From assembly GCA_023205875.1 (NCBI GenBank), contig CP060754.1:930001-994000 (forward strand): DNA of 64,000 nt, in the 5' to 3' direction. The notes under the pieces were generated by a model, which saw only the letters and a program-made list of their open reading frames with translations, made no database searches and was not told the DNA's origin. How positions within the stretch are numbered: the stretch's first letter is position 1; every line of letters begins with the position of its first letter. Positions 10,432-20,289 of this stretch are shown piece by piece. The position numbers were made by a program, and so were the translations under genes. Origin of the DNA: Chloropicon primus (taxonomy: Eukaryota).

Positions 10432-10549
10432 GGGAGGGAGGAGGGGAGGGAGAGGAGGAGGGACCTGGCTTATTGAATGTTGGTTCTAATGTTTAGATGA
10501 AAAAGTACAGTAGGTTGAGTGAGAAACAGTCCGCTGGGTCACCACCGTG

Positions 10550-13500
10550 TTAGAGAACCATGTTCAAGCGGAGTGATTGGATCATGCCCTTTGCCTTCTC
10601 CTTGACGAGGAGCATGTCACCCACGAAAGACTCTTGGGACAGGAGCCCCAGGCGCTCGAGCAACTCGTGGGTGATTATTACCGTCTTTGGCGAGGGGTGG
10701 TGCTGGTACAAGAGGTCTATGAAGCGCATGATCGAAAGCAGGTTCGAGGGATCTGTGTTGTTGAGATTGTTCACCAGCACGTGCAGAAGATCGCCATTCG
10801 TGGCGAGGGCTATGCTCACTCTCGGGCTCCTGTGACAAAGCAAATGCATGTTGTGACACAGAGCGAAGAGAGTATCCCGGTCTTGCAAGGTGCTAGCGAT
10901 CTCCTGCAACACGCCCTTTCCCAGCAGGAACTCCTCGATTCGCCCATCCGATGCCAACCAAGTGATCAAGGCCTCCAAAGCTCTTTGCTGCCACTCGCTG
11001 TTCTTCATCAAAGCGACAAAGAGCTTTGGCGCCTCGCTCTTCCATAAATCTTGCCTGCACTTGCGTCCGGAGGACGACATGCAAAACAAAAGAGGCAGGA
11101 CGCCGGGATACCAGACCTCACTGGTTCTTGCTAGCGTGCACAAGGAAGGGATGAGTCCGAACGAAGAAGCCCTTTCGAGGTACGATCGATCGACCTGACC
11201 CATGTTCCAAATCAGCTCCAGAATGATGAGCTTGTGCTGCATTCCAGCCACGTTGTCCAGCTCAGAGAGCAACCCGGTCAGAGCCTGCAAGCTTCCAGTC
11301 GAGTGAAGGTTCTCCACAAAGTCCGGCTCGCCGCTCAACTGCTTGAGGCAGGCAAGAATCATCAGCTGGACATTTCCATCCAAAGATTTAATGGAATCCA
11401 CAATCATTTGCAGCACGCTGTTCTCAGTCAGGCAACTCTTGACGATGAAGTCCGAGCAAGACATGATAAGCAGCAAGCCTGCCACTTTCTCTGGGTACGT
11501 GGATGACCTGGTGACCCTGTCCACTATGCTTATCAACTCGGGCATTTCTGTGGATGGTGGCAATTCGTGGGGAGGGCCTGGCGTCTGCACAGCGACCACC
11601 TCCTCGTGGCTTTCAGAGCCATTGGTAGCAGGAAGCCCGCTTTTGTTGCCCAAGTTGGACACGCTGTCAGCTGGAGATTGGGTTGGGCTCCTTTCTGTCG
11701 CCAAAGCCCCTTCCTCCCGCGATGCCCTGCCATGCTCCGTTGTTCTGGTAATGATTGAAGGAGGCGAGGAAATCGAAGAGCGTGCGCTCATGGGTGAAAC
11801 GCCGTTGGCAGTCTGATAAGAAATATCAGAAAGGCACTTCAGCCCATGCACGAGAGGGATAACCAACCCGACATTTTGGAAGATTCTACAGGCGTCGTCG
11901 GTTTGGATCACATCTGTCCCGTTGACCACTGTCCAGATGCAATCGACAGAAACTTCTACGAGGACAAGCCTATCCACGATGCTGTAAGCTGCCACATGAT
12001 CAGAACAGCAGATGTCCTCGAGGAGATCTGAGATGAACTGGATTCCATTGCAGGCCAGGAAGCCCTGGAAGCTCTGCCGGCTTTGCATGCACATAGACCT
12101 CGCAAACCTGGCGGCTTCTAACCTTATTGGCATCAAGTTGAACTCCTTTTGAGTGGGGGAGATGAATTTGAATACCTCGGGAATAATTCCCGTCACCGCC
12201 ACGTTATCATTGTGCGAATAATCGTCTTGCATGACCACGTTCAGCAGCGCAAGAATGCTGTGGATAACCGAAGGGGAGTTGCTCCTGGTGACGACTTCTT
12301 GCAAAGCGACAACTCCCTTGTACTTCTTGAACGTGGCTTTGTACGCCGGGTGCTCCCCCAGCAAAGCAATGCATTGCTGGCACGCGCTGATGATTATTCC
12401 CTCCCTCTTTTCTGGCCTAATCATGTAAATCAAACGCTTCACTTCCTCGACGAGCTGCCTATCCAAGACCACCTTGGAAGCGTCATCGGTGAGGGACATT
12501 TGCTGGATGGCGTTGTAACTCTGGGCGAGATGGTAGGAGGACTCGAGGTACTCCTCCCTACTTATGGTTCTCGTTTCTCGCTTGCGGGCCTCCGGGGCCG
12601 TCCTCCTCTGCAGCCAGTGCGAAAGGAATGGTATCCGAACGCTTCTCGTCTTCTCCAGAGTTCCCGTGCGCCCGTCTGGCTCGTTTGATAGCTGGCTCAT
12701 GCCCGTGGCCGTGTTCTCCCCGTTCCCCATTTCACTTCCCGACCCCCCCAAGGACCTCATGGACAGGAACTCGCTGTCCGAAGCAGCATACATGGAGTCC
12801 TCCGCCATGCCGTTCATGGAAGGAAACGCAAAAGGGGAGATCCCCTTGTCCTTCAAATCAAAGTTGGCGTTGTGCCTCTTGAACCAGTCATGCTTCAGGA
12901 GGTCCCTCGCCGACGGCCTCTTCTTCGCGTTCTTTTGGAAGCACTTTGTCAGGAAGTCCTGCATCGCCGGTGAAATCCCTTCTGGAATAGGCGGATAGTC
13001 GTCCTGGACGATGTGAAACAGCGCGGACATCGGCATCATATCAAAGTAGGGGGGCTTCCCCGTGAGGAGCTCTATGGCCGTCGAGCCGACGCTCCAGATG
13101 TCCGAGGCGAAGGTCACCCCCGACATCTCAATGACTTCTGGAGCCATCCAGTAGGGGGTTCCCACCACGGGGTTTTTGAAGTCCGAGCGCCCCGAGTGCG
13201 TCACCTCCCTTTGAGTGGAAAGGGTCGCCACGCCAAAGTCAGCCAGCTTCACGGTGCCCTCCTTCGTGGTGAGGATATTGGCCCCCTTGACGTCCCTGTG
13301 AATGACGTTCTGCTCGTGAAGGTAGGCCAAACCCTCGAGAGTCTGCTTCATGTAGATGGCAGCCAGGGACTCTGGAAACGCTCCAAACTTGTTTGGCTTT
13401 ATGATCTGCGACAGCGAGCCGTTCTCGGCGTATTCCAAAATAATGTACAAGTGAGACTTCGTCCGGTAGGACCCGAGGTACTTGACGATGTTCTTGTGCT

Positions 13501-13807
13501 TCAAGTTCCGCAGCAAGTCGATCTCCTGCACCATATTGTCCTTATCATCCTCAGACAGACCCTCGAGGGATATCTGCTTTATCGCCACAAAGTCCCCGTT
13601 CTTCAAGTCGACCCCCTTGTAGACTTTGCTGAAGGCGCCGAACCCGAGCTCCTCGCCTATCAGGAACTTCTTGCCAAGCACGCTGCTCGCTCCCGGCCTC
13701 ACCTCCCCCTTCTTCAGCTGCTTCGCACTCTCCGACGACGCACCCGAACCGCTCGACGAGGCGAGCGTCGACGTCGCCCCCTCTCCCTCCCCCCGTCCGT
13801 TCCCCAT
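10550..13807 (-). CDS. MAP3K epsilon / Cdc15-like Ser/Thr kinase with C-terminal ARM repeats
   Basis: Kinase motifs GFGAFSKV, VAIK, HRDVKGANIL, DFG, VVGTPYWMAPEVIEMSG; long helical C-terminus. Confidence 0.85.
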   Translation of the reverse strand: MGNGRGEGEGATSTLASSSGSGASSESAKQLKKGEVRPGASSVLGKKFLIGEELGFGAFSKVYKGVDLKNGDFVAIKQISLEGLSEDDKDNMVQEIDLLRNLKHKNIVKYLGSYRTKSHLYIILEYAENGSLSQIIKPNKFGAFPESLAAIYMKQTLEGLAYLHEQNVIHRDVKGANILTTKEGTVKLADFGVATLSTQREVTHSGRSDFKNPVVGTPYWMAPEVIEMSGVTFASDIWSVGSTAIELLTGKPPYFDMMPMSALFHIVQDDYPPIPEGISPAMQDFLTKCFQKNAKKRPSARDLLKHDWFKRHNANFDLKDKGISPFAFPSMNGMAEDSMYAASDSEFLSMRSLGGSGSEMGNGENTATGMSQLSNEPDGRTGTLEKTRSVRIPFLSHWLQRRTAPEARKRETRTISREEYLESSYHLAQSYNAIQQMSLTDDASKVVLDRQLVEEVKRLIYMIRPEKREGIIISACQQCIALLGEHPAYKATFKKYKGVVALQEVVTRSNSPSVIHSILALLNVVMQDDYSHNDNVAVTGIIPEVFKFISPTQKEFNLMPIRLEAARFARSMCMQSRQSFQGFLACNGIQFISDLLEDICCSDHVAAYSIVDRLVLVEVSVDCIWTVVNGTDVIQTDDACRIFQNVGLVIPLVHGLKCLSDISYQTANGVSPMSARSSISSPPSIITRTTEHGRASREEGALATERSPTQSPADSVSNLGNKSGLPATNGSESHEEVVAVQTPGPPHELPPSTEMPELISIVDRVTRSSTYPEKVAGLLLIMSCSDFIVKSCLTENSVLQMIVDSIKSLDGNVQLMILACLKQLSGEPDFVENLHSTGSLQALTGLLSELDNVAGMQHKLIILELIWNMGQVDRSYLERASSFGLIPSLCTLARTSEVWYPGVLPLLFCMSSSGRKCRQDLWKSEAPKLFVALMKNSEWQQRALEALITWLASDGRIEEFLLGKGVLQEIASTLQDRDTLFALCHNMHLLCHRSPRVSIALATNGDLLHVLVNNLNNTDPSNLLSIMRFIDLLYQHHPSPKTVIITHELLERLGLLSQESFVGDMLLVKEKAKGMIQSLRLNMVL

Positions 13808-14006
13808 CGAAGAACAAGTCCAAGTCGAAGTCTCCGGCCTCACCCCCTCTCCCCCTCCCCCTCCCTCCCCTCAACCATCCTCCCTTCCGCAAAAAAACAC
13901 ACACCCTCGATCCCCGCGGACCTCTTCGACCGTTTCCCTCTCTCTCGCTCCAGCGCAGCGTCGAGAGGCGGCAGAAGAGAGAGGGAGAGAGGGAGAAGAG
14001 GGAGAG

Positions 14007-14997
14007 ATGCTGGTGCGAGGACTGGGAAGGGTTTGCCTGAGGGGGAGGTGGGGGGCGGAAGGGGCCAAGGTGGGAACGGGAGGGCTGAGAGGGTGGTGCG
14101 TAGCGGCGACGAGTGGACAAACGGTGAAGTTGTCGCCGGGGCCTCGACAGGACGAAGAAGGGACGTCGTCGTTCCTCTTGACGAGGCAATGGGGTCTGTG
14201 GTCTTCGGCGGGATACTCGACGGCTGCTGCCGCGGCCGCGGCCGTGCCGAGCTTCCCGGGTGCGAGCGAGCCCCTGAAGCTGAACAATATCAGTGACAAC
14301 AAGGGCGCGAGGAGGAAGAGGAAGCGGGTCGGAAGGGGCATAGGATCTGGTTGGGGGAAGACTTGCGGGAGGGGACACAAGGTAAGGCTTCTTCTCGGGG
14401 CGGCGCGGCGCTCTTTCCCTCTTCCCTGGACACTTCGCCCGCAGGAACTGACGGGGCTTTCGTTCTTTGGTCTTTCGCTCGTGCCCGTTCCAGGGTCAAA
14501 AAGCAAGGAGCGGCGGGAGGCCTCGCCTCGGTTTCGAGGGCGGGCAGACACCGCTTCGACTCCGGTTGCCGAAGAGGGGCTTCCACAACCCGCACAAGCG
14601 GGAATACCAATGGCTGAACCTCTACAAGCTGTCGAGCTGGATAAGGCAGGGAAGGATAGATCCGACAAAGCTCATAACCATGAAGACGTTAAGAGACACG
14701 GGCGTGGTGGGAAACAAGATCAAGGACGGGGTGAAGTTGCTTGGGGCGGGTCACGCAAAGTTCAATCACAAGATTTCCATCGAGGTCAGCAGCTGCTCCG
14801 AATTGGCTCGGGAAGCCATTGAGAAGCAGGGCGGCCAAGTGCAGCTCGTGTACTACAACAAGCTCGGCTTGAAGGCCCTGATGAAGCCGTGGAGGTTCGA
14901 GGTGACGCCCTTCCCGGCCCGGCCGCCACCAAAATTGAGGTACCTCTTCGAGTACGTCGGAAGGCTTCCAGAGCCGGACACGCCCATCACGAAGTAA
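14007..14997 (+). CDS. Organellar (probably mitochondrial) ribosomal protein uL15; exons 14007-14381 and 14494-14997
   Basis: LNNISDNKGARRKRKRVGRGIGSGWGKTCGRGHK|GQKARSGG...GFEGGQTPL; GTAAGG...CTGAC...CAG intron 14382-14493 joins in frame; Arg-rich presequence. Confidence 0.9.
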
Positions 14998-15313
14998 CAC
15001 ACACGCACACACAACCAATTTTAATGCACCGTTATTTATGTTTCGTTCGAACGAAGAATTGCGTCCCGCCTTTCTTTGGTGGCTGCTCTAGCTTAAGGAC
15101 CGACCGCACCTCCAACCGAGCGAGGCTGACGGCGGTGAAAGCGCCGCCCCCATGTCCCGAAGCAAGCCAAAGATGTTCTTCGATCACCCTGATGCACCTT
15201 GGCCCATGATCCATCCTCAAGGAGGTGGGATCGATCTTTGAATTGTACGATTGATTGAGGAGAGGCAGAGGAGAGGCAGAGGAGAGGACTGCGCTGCTCG
15301 GGCTGGTCGTGCA

Positions 15314-16249
15314 ATGGAGAGGAAGAGGAGGGAGGAGTTTGAGCAACAGCTGGGGGGCTTGACGAACTTTGTCCAGAGCGAGCTTGCCACGGTGAGGGAG
15401 GGAAAGGCAAGGAACAGGACACACTCCATCGCGGGGGTGGAAATGATGCTGGGCAGTTTAGGCAAAGTGAGAACGCGTGCGGGCAGGAAGAGCTCCATCA
15501 TCGGGGTGGAGAACATGCTGCAAAGCATCGATCAAGCCCTCGTCCACGCGGGGTCCGAAGCTTCGACGCCGGAGAAGGCGAAGGAGAAGGAGAAAGACAG
15601 GGAAGCTGCTGTCTTGTCTGAAACGATGGCGCAGTGGGAGCAGAGGTTCACGCTGCTGGAGGAGAAACTCTCCAAAATCGTGGACTTGGCAGGCGGGAGC
15701 GCTTCGGTGAGCGAGTCCACCAAAGCCAAGAGGAAGCTCTTCTCCAAGGGGGAGGCCGGAGGGGCGGCGGCGGTAACGGTTGGGACGCAAACGGATGAAG
15801 TGTACTCCCACTATCTCCACACAGCAGAAACCATGGAGAGCTTGAGCTACAGCATCTGCAGGAGGGTCGCGCAGTATCTTGAGGAGCGTCTCCTGGTCCC
15901 CGGAGTCCGGATCGGGGGAAGCGTGAGGGAGGACTTGAGGTCAGGATTGGCGGAGGACTTTGACGAAAGCAAGCCCAGCATCAGTGGGCTTGGGCTTCTG
16001 CCTGACTTGAGGGCACTCTCGAGCCCTGTGTCTGATCCAATATTTGCCGACGAGATCAACGTGCCCAAGCTGAACTCCAACTTCAAGTACGATTACGTGA
16101 ACGAGGAGCAGCGTACTCCAAGAGAGGTGAAGAGGCAAGAGCTCGCGCAGATGGTGCGAAGCCTTGACCCTCCGTTCACGAAGAGCCCGAAATCCAAGGG
16201 GCTGAGGGTTATGCACTCCGAAAGGCATCGCAGGAATTTATTCGACTGA
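15314..16249 (+). CDS. Hypothetical protein (~311 aa), partly coiled-coil
   Basis: Long ORF with genome-typical codon bias between two known genes; no recognised domain. Confidence 0.6.
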   Translation: MERKRREEFEQQLGGLTNFVQSELATVREGKARNRTHSIAGVEMMLGSLGKVRTRAGRKSSIIGVENMLQSIDQALVHAGSEASTPEKAKEKEKDREAAVLSETMAQWEQRFTLLEEKLSKIVDLAGGSASVSESTKAKRKLFSKGEAGGAAAVTVGTQTDEVYSHYLHTAETMESLSYSICRRVAQYLEERLLVPGVRIGGSVREDLRSGLAEDFDESKPSISGLGLLPDLRALSSPVSDPIFADEINVPKLNSNFKYDYVNEEQRTPREVKRQELAQMVRSLDPPFTKSPKSKGLRVMHSERHRRNLFD

Positions 16250-16321
16250 ATGGCTCCGTTCTTCCCGGGAGTATACCTATCTATCAATCTATACAGCCAT
16301 ATCGTGTTATACATTATTAGA

Positions 16322-17401
16322 CTACAAGTACCTGCTGATGCCCTCATATGCTTCGGCGACGGCTTCCTCCACCTTTCTCATCTGTTCCGGTTCATCATCA
16401 AATAGAGCGTCGCTATCGAGCAAAGGATTCGATGGGGAGCCGTTCAGGGCCCGGAGGGACTCAACAACGCAGTCCCCGAGCGCGTCGAGATCGTAACCCC
16501 CCTCGAGAACGAACACGATTCTCCCTTTGCAGAGGTCGAGCGCGAGCTCTTTCAATTCCCTCGTCAGCCAGTGAAAGGTCGAGCTCTGAAAGCTGCAGCC
16601 CGCCTGGGGATCCTTCCAATGGGCGTCGTAACCCGCGGAAACAAAAATCATGTCAGGCTTGAATCTCCTTATGGCCTTCTCCACGATGCTCTCCCAAGCC
16701 ATTTTGACTGCCTGATCGCCTGATCCCGAAGGCAAAGGCACGTTGATGGTCGTGCCTTTGGCTTCGCCGAGCCCGATCTCCTCGACCCGGCCCGTGCCTG
16801 GGAAGATGCCCTCTTGGTGTGTGCTCAAGTACAAGACATCTTTGTCGCGGAGGAAGATGTCCTGCGTTCCATTCCCATGGTGGACATCGAAATCAACGAT
16901 AGCAACTCGCTTGATCCCATTCTCGCGTGCTCTCTCCACCGCAAGGGAGACCGTGTTGAAGATGCAGAAGCCCATCGGGCTTCTTGGAACCGCGTGGTGC
17001 CCGGGGGGCCTCACCAGGGCAAAACCAGATAGCGAGGGATCGCCGCTACCAATGACCTCATCCACGATCTCGCTCGCCACGGCCACCGACCGCAAGAGGT
17101 CCTCGTACGACGACCCCGTGGCGTACGTGTCCCTGTCCAAGTTCGCGACCCTTCCATCCGCCTTCAACTCCTCGCAAAGCTTGCTCATGCCCGAGACGAA
17201 GCCAGGGTTGTGTACTCTGGCAATCTCCTGGGGGAGAGAAACGCCTGCGACTCGGTCCGCGACCCGGTCCTGGCAAAGCGTGGTGAAGGGAAGGCCAGCG
17301 CGCGAGATAGCTCTCTCGATGGCCTCGACCCGTCCCCTCGTCTCGGGGTGCCCGAGGAGGTCGTGCCCTAACGCCCCGTTGGCCCCCAGGAGCACTCTCA
17401 T
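16322..17401 (-). CDS. Class II histone deacetylase family protein (HDA14-like)
   Basis: GHPE, RPPGHHA, MGFCIFN, DFDVHHGNGTQDIF, SAGYDAH and LEGGY motifs. Confidence 0.9.
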   Translation of the reverse strand: MRVLLGANGALGHDLLGHPETRGRVEAIERAISRAGLPFTTLCQDRVADRVAGVSLPQEIARVHNPGFVSGMSKLCEELKADGRVANLDRDTYATGSSYEDLLRSVAVASEIVDEVIGSGDPSLSGFALVRPPGHHAVPRSPMGFCIFNTVSLAVERARENGIKRVAIVDFDVHHGNGTQDIFLRDKDVLYLSTHQEGIFPGTGRVEEIGLGEAKGTTINVPLPSGSGDQAVKMAWESIVEKAIRRFKPDMIFVSAGYDAHWKDPQAGCSFQSSTFHWLTRELKELALDLCKGRIVFVLEGGYDLDALGDCVVESLRALNGSPSNPLLDSDALFDDEPEQMRKVEEAVAEAYEGISRYL

Positions 17402-17458
17402 CCGCCCTCTTCTGATCGGGTGAGATCTTGAGTGGATTGGATTATGGATGAAAGTAGT

Positions 17459-19080
17459 TTAGTTTTGTTTACGACGATCTCTTCTTCCTTTGTTTCTTCT
17501 TCCTCTTCCCCCCCTCTTGGAAGCGGCTGGTTTTGGGGGAGCTGGCACCGTCTCCGCTTGCCCTACGTTCGCCTTCGGTGGTTGGACGATCTCAGCCTCT
17601 TGGATTACCCTCGGCTTGTGGACCGACACGACCTCCGCTTCACTTATCCGTGGCATCCCCTTGAAGCCAAGGTAGTTCCGAACGGCCTGCGCAGGGAAGA
17701 AAGGAAGAGAAGTGAGTGTGTGTGAGTGTGTGTGTGTGCGTCAGAGTCAGAGTCTGAGTCTGAGAAGCCGGTTGGATTTGAGACGCTCGAAGAAAAGAAA
17801 AGCTCACCTGGTTCTTCAAAAGCATGGTTTGCCCGGTTTGAAACACTATCGAGGTGAGCCCAAAGAAGTGGAAAAGGGCTGGCAAGTTCACGGTGATCGG
17901 CAAGAAAGCTATTGGAAGGATCTTGAACACCGGAAGAATCTTCTGCATCTGTGGCGTCATGGACTCGGGGCTCATGTTGAACTGGATGGCCGCGAAGAAC
18001 AGCGCCGAACTAGCCACGGGCAGAATGTAAAGAGGGTCCGCGACAGAGATGTCCTGGACCCAAAAGAACGACTCCGCGGAGAGGGACGGGAGCCCCAGCT
18101 TCGGCAAGTTCAGCACGGTGATCGGAAGCAGGAGCATTGTTGGCAGGACGATGAGGTTTGCCCCCAGGGCTCTGCCCGGGTGGACTCCATGCTTCTTCCA
18201 CAGCTTCTGCATCTCCGTCGAGTAGTACTGGGCATCTTGACCCCCCTTGGACGCCGCTTCCTTCGCTTGAGCTGTCAGCTGATCGATCTCGGGCTTGGCA
18301 ATCGCCATCCTCTCCGCCATCCTCATCTGCTCCACGTTCACCGGCGACAGCATAGCGCGGACCAACATCGTGCCTACGGCGACTGCTCCCACCCAAGACA
18401 AGTCGAAGGTCCAGTGGAGGGTGTGAAAGTAGTTGAAGCAGGCTTGCACGGGCGTCCAGTAACCCGAATCGGCGATCAGAGCCAGCTCCACGTCCTTGAT
18501 GGACGAGTTCACGACTGCACCAATGTCCCCAACCGCACCAAAGTCGATATCTCCCTGTGCGGCGAGGTTTCCGGCCTCTTCCCTCTCCTCGCCCCCTCCC
18601 ACGCTACTACTGTACAGCCGCTTCGAGAGAAGAGTCGATCCAAGGGCAGCGGCAGACAGCGGTTGCCTGCAAGCAGAGAGACGGGCAAGTCGAGCGGTAA
18701 ACAAAACAAGACGCAAAGAGGTTCGCACACCTGCTGTCAGGACCAGAGAGCAAAACGCACAGAGGAGGGTGGGGGGGTCCTTACCTCGTGAGCCCAACAC
18801 GTCCAATGCTGCGACCGATCCCTTTCGCATTTCCGACCAACTTGATCAGCCCAGATCCCGACCCTTTCGGTGCTCCCGAGGCCCACGTCCCGAAACTTGC
18901 AGAAGAGAAGACCTCCTTCTTCCATGCATTCTTCCCCCCAGTGGACGTCGCCCCCCACGCGCTCGAACTCGTTTGAAACGTCTTCGTCGTCCCCGTCCCG
19001 GTTTTGTTGGCTGCTATCTCCTCGGCGATCAAAGCCACCCTCCTCGCCGCCTTGGCCCAAACCTCCCTCCCGCGCGCCAT
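17459..19080 (-). CDS. OXA1: Mitochondrial OXA1/YidC membrane insertase; exons 19080-18785, 18666-17808, 17686-17459
   Basis: Hydrophobic YidC/Oxa1 core (W...GTMLVR..., [17 protein letters not shown]). Two GT-AG introns join in frame; basic C-terminal tail. Confidence 0.8.
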
Positions 19081-19317
19081 TGCCGCTGTCTTCTGAGAAG
19101 AGTAGACGAGAGCGAGAGCGAGAGAGAGAGAGGAGAGGGAAGAGGAGAGGGAAGAGGAGAGGGAAGAGGAGAGGGAGGGTTGACTCGCTTCTCTTCTCGT
19201 GGAGAAGGAGGACGTGTAGCTGTTCTTCTTTTTGTTGTTGTTGTCGTCGTCGTGTGGTGTGGCGTGCGCTTTGTTTTGTTTTGTTTCTCTCTGGAGGGAG
19301 GGGAGGGGTGTGACAAG

Positions 19318-20244
19318 ATGGAGAAAGAGGGAGGGATGGGAGGGATGGGAATGGGAAAGGCGGAAGGGGGTGGTGCGGCGATAGAGAACGTGGAGCAGCT
19401 GGTGCTCGAACTCACGAACCCAACGACGAGGGAGAACGCGCTCTTGGAGCTGAGTAAGAAGAGGGAAACGTTTCCGGACCTCGCGCCGTACCTGTGGCAC
19501 TCGTTCGGGACGATATCGGCCCTGCTTCAGGAGATAGTGAGCATATACCCGATGCTGAACCCGCCGTCCCTCACGGCGCAGGCCTCGAACAGGGTGTGCA
19601 ACGCCCTGGCCTTGCTGCAGTGCGTGGCCTCGCACTACGAGACCCGAGGACTCTTCCTCAAGGCCCATGTGCCCCTTTTCCTGTATCCTTTCTTGAACAC
19701 CATGAGCCGGACGAGGCCTTTTGAGTACCTCAGGCTGACCAGCCTGGGGGTGATCGGCGCGCTCGTCAAGGTGGACGACACGGAGGTGATAAACTTCCTC
19801 CTCTCGACGGAGATCATCCCGCTTTGCCTGCGGACTATGGAGATGGGAAGCGAGCTCTCCAAGACGGTGGCAACTTTCATAGTACAGAAGATGCTCCTCG
19901 ACGAGGTGGGGCTGAACTACGTGTGCGCGACGGCGGCGAGGTTCTTCGCGGTTAGCGCCGTCCTGGGCAGCATGGTCCAGCTTCTGACGGAGCAGCCCTC
20001 CGTGAGGCTGCTGAAACACATAATCAGGTGTTACCTGCGACTATCGGACAACCCCAGGGCACGAGACGCGCTGAAGCACTGCCTGCCAGAGCAGCTGAGG
20101 GATCTCCAGTTCACGTCCTGCCTGAAGGAGGATTTGGCGACCAAGCGATGGCTGGCCCAGCTGCTGGTGAACGTGGGCAGTGGTACGAACGCCCAGCAGG
20201 GAGCCGCGCAGCACATGCAGATGCCGCAACAGAACACACTCTAA
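19318..20244 (+). CDS. CNOT9: CCR4-NOT subunit Rcd1/CAF40/CNOT9
   Basis: [48 protein letters not shown]. Confidence 0.95.
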   Translation: MEKEGGMGGMGMGKAEGGGAAIENVEQLVLELTNPTTRENALLELSKKRETFPDLAPYLWHSFGTISALLQEIVSIYPMLNPPSLTAQASNRVCNALALLQCVASHYETRGLFLKAHVPLFLYPFLNTMSRTRPFEYLRLTSLGVIGALVKVDDTEVINFLLSTEIIPLCLRTMEMGSELSKTVATFIVQKMLLDEVGLNYVCATAARFFAVSAVLGSMVQLLTEQPSVRLLKHIIRCYLRLSDNPRARDALKHCLPEQLRDLQFTSCLKEDLATKRWLAQLLVNVGSGTNAQQGAAQHMQMPQQNTL

Positions 20245-20289
20245 AAGCCGGGAAGTAACAGTAGAAATACAATACAATATCATAATATC

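Noticed and set aside
19108..19180. GA-rich, (TC)n, (CA)n and (TTGTG)n simple repeats (also ~34187-34215, ~34633-34659, ~37885)
   Set aside because: Ordinary microsatellites in UTRs, introns and promoters throughout the window.
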